From contig BTVJ01000001.1 in NCBI GenBank assembly GCA_045863395.1, forward strand, positions 288,001 to 352,000: 64,000 nt of DNA, in the 5' to 3' direction. The position numbers and the translations under genes were made by a program. Of the stretch, positions 1 through 9,105 are shown in pieces. The notes under the pieces were generated by a model. It saw nothing but the letters and a program-made list of their open reading frames with translations. It ran no database searches and was not told the origin of the DNA. This DNA is from Myxococcales bacterium. GTDB taxonomy: Bacteria; Myxococcota_A; UBA9042; JABWCM01; BTVJ01. Numbering within the stretch: position 1 is the first letter of the stretch; each line of letters begins with the position of its first letter.

Positions 1-2
1 AG

Positions 3-308
3 ATCAAGACCACGCGGCCCGGCGGCACGCGCAACGTGCGGTCGGTGTACTGGGGGCGGGTCGCCTTCGTCGGGTGGCTGGTCGGGTACGGAAACACCGT
101 GATCCTGGACCACACGAGCGGCTACCATACGCTCTACGCCCGGCTCGCGAGCGTCGAGGTGAAGGAGGGGGACATCGTGGAGACGCGCGGGCTCATCGGG
201 CAGGCAGGCGGCGCCGTGACGCTCGGCACGCCGGGGACCCTCTACTTCGAGCTGCGCCACGACGGGCGGGCCATCGACCCGACCTCGTGGCTGATGATGC
301 AAGAATGA
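3..308 (+). CDS. M23 family peptidase / EnvC-like murein hydrolase activator, C-terminal part (5' truncated by window edge)
   Basis: Frame is open from the window start; GYGNTVILDH..YHTLYA.L...V..GD.V..G.LYFELR..G..IDP..WL is an M23/LytM domain lacking catalytic His residues (EnvC-like). Confidence 0.85.
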   Translation: MKTTRPGGTRNVRSVYWGRVAFVGWLVGYGNTVILDHTSGYHTLYARLASVEVKEGDIVETRGLIGQAGGAVTLGTPGTLYFELRHDGRAIDPTSWLMMQE

Positions 309-1072
309 TCCTGGCAGTGGCGAACCAGAAGGGCGGGGTCGGCAAGACGACCACCGCGGTGAACCTCGCGGCGTCCGTGGCCGTGGCGGAGCGTCCGACG
401 CTCCTCGTGGACCTGGACCCGCAGGGCAACGCGACCAGCGCGTTCGGCCTCGAGCGTGAGTCCATCGAGCGGTCGATCTACGACGTGCTGATGCGCGAGG
501 CGACGCTGGCCGACGTCCTGCGGGCGACCGACCTGGCGCACCTGCGGGTGGCGCCGAGCACGCCGGACCTGGTCGGGGCGGAGATCGAGCTGGTGGCGGC
601 CCTGTCGCGGGAGGGGCGCCTGAAGGCGGCGCTCCGGGGCGCGCGGGAGGGGCTCGTCGTCATCGACTGCCCGCCGTCGCTGGGGCTCCTGACCGTCAAC
701 GCGCTGACCGCGGCGGACGCGGTGCTGGTGCCGCTCCAGTGCGAGTACTACGCGCTGGAGGGCCTGACGCAGCTCCTGCAGACCGTCGAGCTGGTGCGCG
801 ACAGCCTCAACCCGAGCCTGCGGGTGCACGGGATCCTGCTCACCATGTTCGACCGGCGCCAGCGGCTGTCCAACCAGGTGGCCAACGAGGCGCGGCGGTA
901 CTTCCCGGGGCTGGTCTACGAGACGGTCATCCCCCGCAACGTCCGGCTGTCGGAGAGCCCGTCCCACGGCAAGCCGGTGCTGCTCTACGACATCTGCAGC
1001 CCCGGGTCGCGGGCGTACATGGACCTGGCCGAGGAGATCCTCGGCCGCATGCCGACCGCCCACGCCGTCTGA
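305..1072 (+). CDS. parA: ParA/Soj chromosome partitioning ATPase
   Basis: ANQKGGVGKTTT deviant Walker A, DLDPQGNAT, IDCPPSLGLLT, IPRNVRLSESPSHG; ATGA overlap with upstream stop. Confidence 0.95.
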   Translation: MILAVANQKGGVGKTTTAVNLAASVAVAERPTLLVDLDPQGNATSAFGLERESIERSIYDVLMREATLADVLRATDLAHLRVAPSTPDLVGAEIELVAALSREGRLKAALRGAREGLVVIDCPPSLGLLTVNALTAADAVLVPLQCEYYALEGLTQLLQTVELVRDSLNPSLRVHGILLTMFDRRQRLSNQVANEARRYFPGLVYETVIPRNVRLSESPSHGKPVLLYDICSPGSRAYMDLAEEILGRMPTAHAV

Positions 1073-1080
1073 GGAGCGCC

Positions 1081-1938
1081 ATGCCCACACAAGACACACC
1101 ACGCAGGGGCCTCGGGCGCGGGCTCGGGGCGCTCTTGCCCCAGCGGGACGCCGCCGCGACTTCGCCGCGCTACTTCGAGTGCGACCTGGAGCGGCTGCGG
1201 CCGGCGGCGGACCAGCCGCGCAAGACCTTCGACCCGGACAAGCTGCGGGAGCTGGTCGACTCGGTGCGGGAGCAGGGCATCATCCAGCCCATCGTCGCGC
1301 GCCCGGACGGGGAGGGGCTCGTCATCGTGGCGGGCGAGCGGCGCTGGCGAGCGGCGCGCATGGCGGGGCTCCCGACGGTGCCGGTGGTCGTCAAGGACAT
1401 CGACGGGGCGGAGGCCTTCGAGGTCGCGCTGGTCGAGAACGTCCAGCGGGACGACCTCAACCCCATCGAGGAGGCGGAGGCCTACCAGTACCTGCTCCAG
1501 TTGAGCCGGGCCACCCAGGAGAAGGTGGCGGAGCGGGTCGGCAAGGACCGGGCGACCGTCGCCAACCTGGTGCGGCTGTTGGGGCTGCCGGCGCCGGTCC
1601 AGGACAAGGTGCGCACGGGCCGGCTGTCTGCTGGAGTCGCGCGGGCCCTGCTCGGGCTGCGCGACGAGCAGAAGATCCTGGAGATGGCAGACAAGGCGGA
1701 GACCCGCGGCATGAGCGCCCGGGCCGTGGAGGCGGCCGTGCAGCGAGAGGCGCGGCCGACCCCAGCGAAGGCGCCCGTGCCAGCCGAGGCGGAGCGCATC
1801 GCCGAGAAGCTGGAGCGGCTGCTCGGCTTCGAGGTGGAGCTGGCGGCGACGGCGCGGACGGGCAAGCTCACGGTGCGCTGGGCCGGCAAGCAGGCACGCG
1901 AGGCGCTGGAGAAGCGCCTCGACGTGCTGCTGGAGTAG
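1081..1938 (+). CDS. parB: ParB/Spo0J partition protein
   Basis: RRGLGRGLGALL N-terminus, QPRK.F, GIIQPIV, AGERRWRAA, ENVQRDDLNPIEEA, HTH; GAGGAG RBS. Confidence 0.95.
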   Translation: MPTQDTPRRGLGRGLGALLPQRDAAATSPRYFECDLERLRPAADQPRKTFDPDKLRELVDSVREQGIIQPIVARPDGEGLVIVAGERRWRAARMAGLPTVPVVVKDIDGAEAFEVALVENVQRDDLNPIEEAEAYQYLLQLSRATQEKVAERVGKDRATVANLVRLLGLPAPVQDKVRTGRLSAGVARALLGLRDEQKILEMADKAETRGMSARAVEAAVQREARPTPAKAPVPAEAERIAEKLERLLGFEVELAATARTGKLTVRWAGKQAREALEKRLDVLLE

Positions 1939-1950
1939 GGGGACCGCGGG

Positions 1951-3081
1951 ATGAGCGCCATCTATCTGGACCACAACGCGACGACGCCGCTCCTGCCCGA
2001 GGTCGTCGACGCCATGCTGCCGTATCTGCGCGAGCACTTCGGGAACCCGTCGAGCGGCCACGTGTACGGCGCGCGGGCCCGGGACGGCGTGGCGCGGGCC
2101 CGGGAGCAGGTGGCGGCGCTGCTCGGGTGCGACGCGGGGGAGGTGCTCTTCACGTCGGGCGGCACCGAGGCGAACAACCTCGCCATCCGCGGGGTGTGTG
2201 AGGCGGTGGGTGGGAGCCACGTCGTCACCAGCGTGATCGAGCACCCGGCGACGGCGCGGCCCTGCGCCTGGCTGGAGCGGCACGGGCGGAGAGTCTCCTG
2301 GATCGGCGTCGATGGCGAAGGGCGGGTGCGGGTGGACGACGCGCGCGCGGCCATCGGCGCGGACACGGCGCTCGTGACCGTGATGCACTCGAACAACGAG
2401 ACGGGCGTGCTCCAGCCGATCACGGAGCTGGCGGAGATCGCGCACGACCGGGGCGCACTCGTCCACATCGACGCGGCGCAGTCCTGCGGGAAGGTGCCCG
2501 TGCGGGTCGGGGAGCTGGGAGTGGACCTGCTGTCGGTCGCCGGCCACAAGCTGTACGCGCCGAAGGGCGTGGGCGCGCTCTACGTGCGGGCCGGGACGCC
2601 GCTCGCCCCGCTGGTGCTCGGCGCAGGCCACGAGCGGGGGCTCCGGCCGGGGACGGAGAACGTCGCCTCCATCGTGGGCCTCGGCGCGGCGTGCGAGGCC
2701 GCCCTGCGGGACCTCGACGCGGTGGCGGCGCGGGTCCGGGGGCTGCGGGACGACCTGTGGGGGCGCCTGGTGCGGGCCATCCCGGGCCTCGCGCTCAACG
2801 GCCACCCGGAGCTGCGGCTGCCGAACACGCTCAACGTGCGGTTCCCGGGGGTGTCGGGCAGCGACGTGCTTGCCGCGGCGCCCGAGCTCGCCGCCTCGAC
2901 CGGCTCCGCGTGCCACGAGGGCCACGAGGTCGCCTCGGCGGTCATCCTGGCCATGGGGGTGAGTCGAGAGGTGGCGCTCGGCTCCGTCCGCCTGACCCTC
3001 GGTCGCGACACCACCGCGGACGACGTGGCCCGTGCGGCGGAGGCGCTGGTCCGCGCCTGGCGGTCCGCGCTGGGGGCGTGA
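1951..3081 (+). CDS. Class I cysteine desulfurase (IscS/NifS family)
   Basis: IYLDHNATTP, GNPSS.H, FTSGGTEANN, HSNNETG, GHKLYAPKG, STGSAC catalytic Cys. Confidence 0.92.
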   Translation: MSAIYLDHNATTPLLPEVVDAMLPYLREHFGNPSSGHVYGARARDGVARAREQVAALLGCDAGEVLFTSGGTEANNLAIRGVCEAVGGSHVVTSVIEHPATARPCAWLERHGRRVSWIGVDGEGRVRVDDARAAIGADTALVTVMHSNNETGVLQPITELAEIAHDRGALVHIDAAQSCGKVPVRVGELGVDLLSVAGHKLYAPKGVGALYVRAGTPLAPLVLGAGHERGLRPGTENVASIVGLGAACEAALRDLDAVAARVRGLRDDLWGRLVRAIPGLALNGHPELRLPNTLNVRFPGVSGSDVLAAAPELAASTGSACHEGHEVASAVILAMGVSREVALGSVRLTLGRDTTADDVARAAEALVRAWRSALGA

Positions 3082-3129
3082 GCGCGCAGTGGCGGCGCTC
3101 ATGTCGGCCCCGCCGGCACCTGGGCCGAT

Positions 3130-4197
3130 CTACCGCGCGCTCAGCTCCCGCACCGCCTGGAACATGGCGATGGCGTGGGTCGGATCGACGTCCGGCGTGA
3201 TGCCGTGGCCCAGATTGAACACGTGGCCCGAGCCCTCGCCGAAGCGGGTGAGGATGTCCGCGACCTCCGCGCGGATGCGCGCCGGGCTCGCGTAGAGCAT
3301 GGCGGGGTCCATGTTGCCCTGGAGCGCAACCTTGTGGCCCACCCGGGCGCGCGCCACGTCGATGTCGATGGACCAGTCGAGGCCGACCACGTCGCAGCCC
3401 GTGTCCGCGATGGCCTCGAGCCACCCCATGCCGCCCTTCGTGTAGACGATGACCGGGACGCGGCGGCCCTCGCTCGTGCGGGTGAGCTGGGCGATGACCC
3501 GTCGCATGGGCTCGAGGGACAGCGCCATGTAGTCGCGGGTGGTCAGGATGCCGCCCCAGGTGTCGAAGAGCTGCACCGCCTGGGCGCCGTTGGCCACCTG
3601 CGCGTTGAGGTAGGCGGCCACCGTGTCGGCGAGCTTGTCGAGGAGCAGCCCCATGGTGGCGGGCTCGTTGAAGGCCATCGCCTTGACCTTGCTGAAGGTC
3701 TTGGAGCCGCCCCCCTCGACCATGTAGGTGGCCAGCGTCCAGGGGCTGCCGCTGAAGCCGATGAGGGGCACCCGGCCGCCGAGGCCCGCGCGGATGGCGC
3801 GCACGGCGGCCATCACGTAGCCGAGCTCGTCCTCCGGGTCCGGCACGGGGAGCCGCTCCACGTCTGCGCGCGACGCGATGGGGCGCGGGAAGCGGGGGCC
3901 CTCGCCGACACCGAAGGTCAGCTCCATGCCCATGGCCTCGGGCACGACCAGGATGTCCGAGAAGAGGATGGCCGCGTCGGCGCCCAGGATGTCGATGGGC
4001 TGCAGCGTCACCTCGCACGCCAGCTCTGGGTTCTTGCAGAGGTCGAGGAACCCGCCCGCCCTGGCCCGCGTCGCCCGGTACTGCGGCAGGTAGCGCCCGG
4101 CCTGGCGCATCATCCACGCGGGCGTCCGCTCCACGGGCTCGCGCAGGCAGGCCCGCAGAAACAGGTCGTTCTTCAGCTCGCTCTTCGGATCGCTCAT
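3130..4197 (-). CDS. hemE: Uroporphyrinogen decarboxylase
   Basis: [63 protein letters not shown]. Confidence 0.97.
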   Translation of the reverse strand: MSDPKSELKNDLFLRACLREPVERTPAWMMRQAGRYLPQYRATRARAGGFLDLCKNPELACEVTLQPIDILGADAAILFSDILVVPEAMGMELTFGVGEGPRFPRPIASRADVERLPVPDPEDELGYVMAAVRAIRAGLGGRVPLIGFSGSPWTLATYMVEGGGSKTFSKVKAMAFNEPATMGLLLDKLADTVAAYLNAQVANGAQAVQLFDTWGGILTTRDYMALSLEPMRRVIAQLTRTSEGRRVPVIVYTKGGMGWLEAIADTGCDVVGLDWSIDIDVARARVGHKVALQGNMDPAMLYASPARIRAEVADILTRFGEGSGHVFNLGHGITPDVDPTHAIAMFQAVRELSAR

Positions 4198-4291
4198 GTC
4201 CGCCTCCTGGCGCGGCCAGCATCCGCGCGGGGCAGACCGTCGCATGTTTTGAGGGGCGATGGAAGCCCTGGCTGTGGGCGAGGCTCGTTTA

Positions 4292-4322
4292 CATGAATTC
4301 AAAATCCAGTCTTGATTTCATG
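4292..4322. promoter_or_regulatory. Imperfect palindrome (putative operator) overlapping the promoter of the AAA/DUF4143 gene
   Basis: CATGAATTCAA-N9-TTGATTTCATG (1 mismatch); TTGATT 4312-4317 and TAGGCT 4334-4339 resemble -35/-10. Confidence 0.55.
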
Positions 4323-4345
4323 CGGGAGCGCCGTAGGCTGACCCC

Positions 4346-5524
4346 ATGATCGCGCGAGACCTGGAGCCGATCCTCCTCCGTGACGCTGCGTTCCTGCCGG
4401 CTGTGACGCTGGTCGGCCCCCGGCAGTCGGGAAAGTCCACGCTGGCGCGCGCCGCCTTCCCTCACCACGGGTACCTCAACCTGGAGCGCCCCGACCTCCG
4501 AGAGGCGGCCCGAGACGACCCGCGTGGGCTCCTCGCCGCACACCGGGACGGGGTCGTGATCGACGAGGTGCAGCATGTCCCTTCGCTGTTGTCCTGGGTA
4601 CAGGCCGCGGTCGACGACGACGCGCGACCGGGTCGGTTCATCCTGACCGGGTCGAACCAGCACGCGCTGTCCGCTGGGGTTGCCCAGACGCTGGCCGGCC
4701 GCACCACGGTGCTTCGGCTGCTGCCACCGGACCTGTCGGAGCTGCGACGCTTCCCCCACCCACCGCAGGAGTTGTGGGCGACGCTGTGGACCGGCGCCTT
4801 TCCCCGCATCCACGACACGGGGATTCCTGCCGACCGCTGGCTCTCGGGGTATGTCGCGACCTACCTGGAGCGCGACGTGCGCCAGGTGCTTCAGGTGACC
4901 GACCAGGTCGCGTTCCAGACCTTTGTGCGACTCATTGCAGGCCGCACGGCACAGGAGCTGAACCTGGCACAGCTCGGCGCCGATGCGGGAGTCAGCCAGC
5001 CGACGGCCCGCGCCTGGCTGTCTGTGCTCGAGACCAGCTACCTGGCCACGCGCCTCCCCGCATGGCACCGAAACACGCGGAAGCAGCTCATCAAGGCGCC
5101 GAAGGTGCACGTGATCGACACGGGCCTGGTCGCCTTCATGCTCGGAGTACGCACCCCCGACGAGCTCTCAGGCCACCCTCTGCGCGGCGCCCTGTTCGAG
5201 ACCTGGGTCGCGACGGAGGTCATCAAGCAGCGCGAGCACCGCGGCCTCGTGCCTCGCGCGTATCACTGGCGGGAGTCTCGGGCCCACGAGGTGGACCTCA
5301 TAGTCGACGACGGGGCGACGCTGTGGCTGATTGAAGTGAAGTCCGGCGCGACAGTCGGCGCGGACTGGTTCCCGCCGCTGCTTCGCGCCGCCGAGGCCCT
5401 CCGCGCAGAGGAGCCTGCGCGCGAGGTGCGTCCCGTCCTGGTCTACGGGGGCAATGAGCCCGGCGAGCGCCGTGGAGTCCGCGTGCTCCCTTGGCACCAG
5501 GTGGGGGAGCTGGCACCACATTGA
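4346..5524 (+). CDS. AAA_14 family ATP-binding protein with C-terminal DUF4143 (PD-(D/E)xK-like) domain
   Basis: GPRQSGKST, VIDEVQ, FILTGS, TYLERDVR, K.PKVH..DTGL, GALFETWV, EVDLI...IEVKS. Confidence 0.9.
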   Translation: MIARDLEPILLRDAAFLPAVTLVGPRQSGKSTLARAAFPHHGYLNLERPDLREAARDDPRGLLAAHRDGVVIDEVQHVPSLLSWVQAAVDDDARPGRFILTGSNQHALSAGVAQTLAGRTTVLRLLPPDLSELRRFPHPPQELWATLWTGAFPRIHDTGIPADRWLSGYVATYLERDVRQVLQVTDQVAFQTFVRLIAGRTAQELNLAQLGADAGVSQPTARAWLSVLETSYLATRLPAWHRNTRKQLIKAPKVHVIDTGLVAFMLGVRTPDELSGHPLRGALFETWVATEVIKQREHRGLVPRAYHWRESRAHEVDLIVDDGATLWLIEVKSGATVGADWFPPLLRAAEALRAEEPAREVRPVLVYGGNEPGERRGVRVLPWHQVGELAPH

Positions 5525-5556
5525 CGGGCCGGGGCCGCTGGCCCTATGGTCGAGAC

Positions 5557-6726
5557 ATGATGCACGCAAGGCACGGATGGGTCGGGCTGGCGATCACGCT
5601 CGCGGCGTGCGTCACCACCGAGGAGCGCCAGGTCGCCGGGGAGGGAGGCGCGGACACCTCCTACGGACACTGGGCAGACGCGGCAGGCGCTGGGGACGCC
5701 ACTGTGCGGTCGGATGGCGCTGGGGCGCCTGGCGGGACCGACGGGGGAGGCCAATTCGACGCAGGCGCGCGCAGCGATGCCGGAGGCCGGGTCGACGCGA
5801 GCATGGGCGGAGACGCGGGAGGCCGGGGCCTGGACGCGGGACCCGGTTCAGACTCCGCGACCGACGCGGGCGATGGTGGCGACAGCGGCCCACCCCCATG
5901 CACACCGAGTACTGCGGGCACCAACGAAGCGATCTTCGTCGACCACACCCTGCCCGCGGCGGTGGTGTGCGGGCAGGCGGTCGAGGCCGCCGTCACGGTC
6001 CGCAACACCGGCACGACGACGTGGTCCGCCGCGCTCGGCTACAAGCTCGGCGCCCAAGACGACGAGGACGCGCTCTACCCCTGGGGCACCCGCGTCACCC
6101 TTCCGGAAGGTGCCTGCATCCCCCCAGGGGGCGAGCACACCTTCACGATACCGCTCCAGGGACCGGCGACGGCTGGTGCGGTCTTGACCGACTGGCGCAT
6201 GGTGCTGGAGGGCGTCGAGTGGTTCGGTGGCGTGGTCGCCCAGGGCGTTGAGGTCTCGTGCGCTGCGCCCGGAGAGGACGCCTTCGACCTGTCCGCGGCG
6301 ATCATCGTCAAGGGGGCGCCCGGCGTCGCGACCTGGCCCATGACGGCCACCCTCGACGAGGTCACCATCGCCAGCGAGGAGCTGTGCACCTACCACTCCA
6401 AGGCGGGACAGTGGCCGACGGTGCCCTTCTTCGACGACCCGGAGAACCCCATCGAGGGCAACCAGTGGTACTTCGCCAACATCGGCGGGACCTGGTACGG
6501 CGGCGCCGGCGAGTGGCTGCGCCCCGGGCAGCAGTGCAAGATCGTGAACACCGACGCGCTCGGGCCCGACGAGTTCTACGGCGGCGAGGAGCCCCTCTTC
6601 TCGTGGATCCCCAAGCCCGGCGAGCTGATCGGCGTCATGGTGAGCACCCCCGCCCGCGCGTGGCCCGCCATGGCCACCCTCGACGAGCGCAGCAACGTGG
6701 TGCTGGTGCCCTGGCCGCAGCTCTGA
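5557..6726 (+). CDS. Lipoprotein with G/D/A-rich linker, NBR1-like Ig domain and unassigned C-terminal domain
   Basis: LAAC lipobox; VTVRNTGTTTWS...YKLG...PGGEHTF...WRMVLEGVEWFG is the NBR1-Ig-like pattern. Confidence 0.7.
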   Translation: MMHARHGWVGLAITLAACVTTEERQVAGEGGADTSYGHWADAAGAGDATVRSDGAGAPGGTDGGGQFDAGARSDAGGRVDASMGGDAGGRGLDAGPGSDSATDAGDGGDSGPPPCTPSTAGTNEAIFVDHTLPAAVVCGQAVEAAVTVRNTGTTTWSAALGYKLGAQDDEDALYPWGTRVTLPEGACIPPGGEHTFTIPLQGPATAGAVLTDWRMVLEGVEWFGGVVAQGVEVSCAAPGEDAFDLSAAIIVKGAPGVATWPMTATLDEVTIASEELCTYHSKAGQWPTVPFFDDPENPIEGNQWYFANIGGTWYGGAGEWLRPGQQCKIVNTDALGPDEFYGGEEPLFSWIPKPGELIGVMVSTPARAWPAMATLDERSNVVLVPWPQL

Positions 6727-6769
6727 CGGCGGTCGCGACGCGGCCGCTGCCGCGCGGCGTTGTTTTCAT

Positions 6770-6799
6770 CTTGAGCCATATTCGATAATATGGAACAAG
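6770..6799. promoter_or_regulatory. Inverted repeat upstream of the Fic gene (putative autoregulatory operator)
   Basis: CTTG-AG-CCATATT-CGAT-AATATGG-AA-CAAG, an AT-rich patch in a GC-rich context. Confidence 0.55.
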
Positions 6800-6829
6800 G
6801 CTGCGTGGCTTACTGTCGGGAGCGACAAC

Positions 6830-8017
6830 ATGCGAAAGCCAGACCGAGCGGGGAGATACCTGAGGCAATCGACCGGCTACCGGGCGTTCCACCCATCGCC
6901 GCTGCCGCCAGACCCTCCGGTGTTCAGAGACGCCGAGCTGGACGACCTGCACTTCAAGGCCACCCTGGCCCTCGGCAAATTGGACGGGGCGGCCGAGACG
7001 CTGCCCAACCCTGACCTCTTCGTCTTCATGTACGTCCGCAAAGAGGCGGTGCTCTCCAGCCAGATCGAGGGTACTCAGGCGTCGCTGATTGACGTCGTCG
7101 AGTTCGAGGCAGGCCGGCGGCGCCCAGACGGGCCCAAGGACGTTGCGGAGGTCGTCAACTACGTCCGCGCGATGAACCACGGGCTCGCCCGCCTCCAGGC
7201 GCTCCCTGTGTCGCTACGCCTCATCCGAGAGATCCATCGAGAGCTGTTGCAGGACGTCCGAGGCCACGAGCGGAGCCCTGGGGAGTTCAGGACGAGCCAG
7301 AACTGGATCGGGCCGGCGGGCTGCACCCTGCAGACGGCCTCGTTCGTGCCACCGCCACCGCACGAGGTGCAGGGCCTGCTCGGTGACCTGGAGCAGTTCA
7401 TCCATGCGCCCGATCCCATGCCGGCGCTGCTCAAGGTTGGCTTGGTCCACGCGCAGTTCGAGACGATCCACCCGTTCCTCGACGGCAACGGCCGAGTCGG
7501 GCGCCTTCTCATCACCTTCCTCCTGTGCGAGCAAGGGGTGCTCTCGCGACCGCTGCTCTACCTGTCCTACTTCTTCAAGCAACACCGCGCGGACTATTAC
7601 CGGCTTCTGCAGGCCGTTCGCGACGAGGGGGACTGGGAGTCCTGGCTGAAGTTCTTCCTGCGGGGCGTGGCGCAGGTCGCCACCGAGGCGACGACGAAGG
7701 CCCGGCGGATTGCAGCCCTGCGAGAGGACCACCGCAGCCGGATCTCGTCGGAGCTGGGCCGCGCTGCGGGGAACGGGCTGGCACTCCACGAGCACCTGTT
7801 CGAGCGCCCCATCGTCGCGGTGGGAGACGTCGCGCGGCTCACCGGGGTCACGTTCGCCACAGCAAACCGCTTGGTAGACCGGCTCAGCGCGCTGGGCGTC
7901 CTGACGGAGACGACCGGGAACCAGCGCAACCGCGTGTTCGCATACACTCCCTACCTGGAGCAGTTCTCCGACGATCAGACCGGCACCCCGCTGCCCCCCG
8001 CTGACGTGAATGGGTGA
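6830..8017 (+). CDS. Fic family protein (N-terminal DUF4172-like region, Fic domain, C-terminal HTH)
   Basis: EAVLSSQIEGT inhibitory helix, HPFLDGNGRVGR Fic motif, C-terminal HTH ending RNRVFAY. Confidence 0.93.
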   Translation: MRKPDRAGRYLRQSTGYRAFHPSPLPPDPPVFRDAELDDLHFKATLALGKLDGAAETLPNPDLFVFMYVRKEAVLSSQIEGTQASLIDVVEFEAGRRRPDGPKDVAEVVNYVRAMNHGLARLQALPVSLRLIREIHRELLQDVRGHERSPGEFRTSQNWIGPAGCTLQTASFVPPPPHEVQGLLGDLEQFIHAPDPMPALLKVGLVHAQFETIHPFLDGNGRVGRLLITFLLCEQGVLSRPLLYLSYFFKQHRADYYRLLQAVRDEGDWESWLKFFLRGVAQVATEATTKARRIAALREDHRSRISSELGRAAGNGLALHEHLFERPIVAVGDVARLTGVTFATANRLVDRLSALGVLTETTGNQRNRVFAYTPYLEQFSDDQTGTPLPPADVNG

Positions 8018-8163
8018 CGCCGTTTCGGAAGGAGGTCCTCGGGAACGTGCAAGACGACCAACTCGGCTCCAGGCACGTTGGAACGAGCCAGCTTGGACGC
8101 GGCGCTGAGCCCGCGCGATGGACCGGGCGTGACGCGAGGCGCCCCGAGGGCTAGACTGGTGTC

Positions 8164-8973
8164 ATGCGGTTCGACGAGCTGGAGCGACTCCTTCGGCGGC
8201 ACGCGGTCCTGGGCACGCTGGAGACCTACGGCGAGCAGGACGACGGCCTCGGGCGCTACCCTCTGCTGCGCCTGACGACGCCCGGTCGCGTCGTGTGCCT
8301 GATCACCGCGGGCTTCCACGGGGACGAGCAGGCGGGCCCCATCACGCTGGCTCACCACCTGGCCGAGGTCGTCGACTACGCCGCGGCGCGCGACGTGGGA
8401 CTGCGCGTCTACCCCTGCATCAACCCGTCGGGCTTCGACGCCTTCACCCGCTACAGCCGCCGCGGGGAGCGGCCCAACAACGACTGCATGCGCTACGAGC
8501 TGCCCGGCGGGGCTCTCGCCGGAGAGGTCCGGGGGGCGGCGCCCTTCGTCGCCATCCACCCGCACCGGGGCGGCCCGCAGGAGACCCGAGCGCTGGTGAC
8601 GGACCTGCTCGGGGTAGTGCCGGCGGCGGCGCTCGACCTGCACCAGGACCCCTACATCTCCGGCCCCGTGACCTACGCCTACACCTTCGGGCCGAGCGGC
8701 CCCTTCCTGCCGCTCTTGGCCGCGTCCGAGGCCCACGTCCCCGCGGCGCGCAGCCGGGAGGTGGACGTTGGCGTCCACACCGACCCGGACGGCCTCATCG
8801 CGCTGCACGACGGCAGCGTCACGGACTGGATGTGGCGGCAGGGCGTGCCGTTCACCGCCGCCCTGGAGACGACGACCGACACTCCTGCCGGCCCCCGCGA
8901 TGCGGTGAACTTGATCTGGATCCGGGGGTTCATCGAGCTGGCGGCTGGGGCGGGGCGGCAGCCTCGGCGGTGA
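8164..8973 (+). CDS. M14-like Zn carboxypeptidase / succinylglutamate desuccinylase-aspartoacylase family protein
   Basis: AGFHGDE.AG, PCINPSGF...R, LDLHQD, LET motifs. Confidence 0.75.
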   Translation: MRFDELERLLRRHAVLGTLETYGEQDDGLGRYPLLRLTTPGRVVCLITAGFHGDEQAGPITLAHHLAEVVDYAAARDVGLRVYPCINPSGFDAFTRYSRRGERPNNDCMRYELPGGALAGEVRGAAPFVAIHPHRGGPQETRALVTDLLGVVPAAALDLHQDPYISGPVTYAYTFGPSGPFLPLLAASEAHVPAARSREVDVGVHTDPDGLIALHDGSVTDWMWRQGVPFTAALETTTDTPAGPRDAVNLIWIRGFIELAAGAGRQPRR

Positions 8974-9105
8974 CCCGCGTGGCGCTGGGCGTCAGGCAAG
9001 CCCAAGAGGGGACCGCTGCTCGCTCGTCCGAGGGGGCGTCGCGCCACGCGGGGACCCCGCGCCACGCTTGACCCGGCAGCGGTACAGAGGAGAGGATCTC
9101 CGCCC

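Noticed and set aside
8974..9083. 12-bp inverted repeat upstream of dinB as a riboswitch or SOS box
   Set aside because: Nearly all G/C with a long loop; no known aptamer or LexA motif recognised
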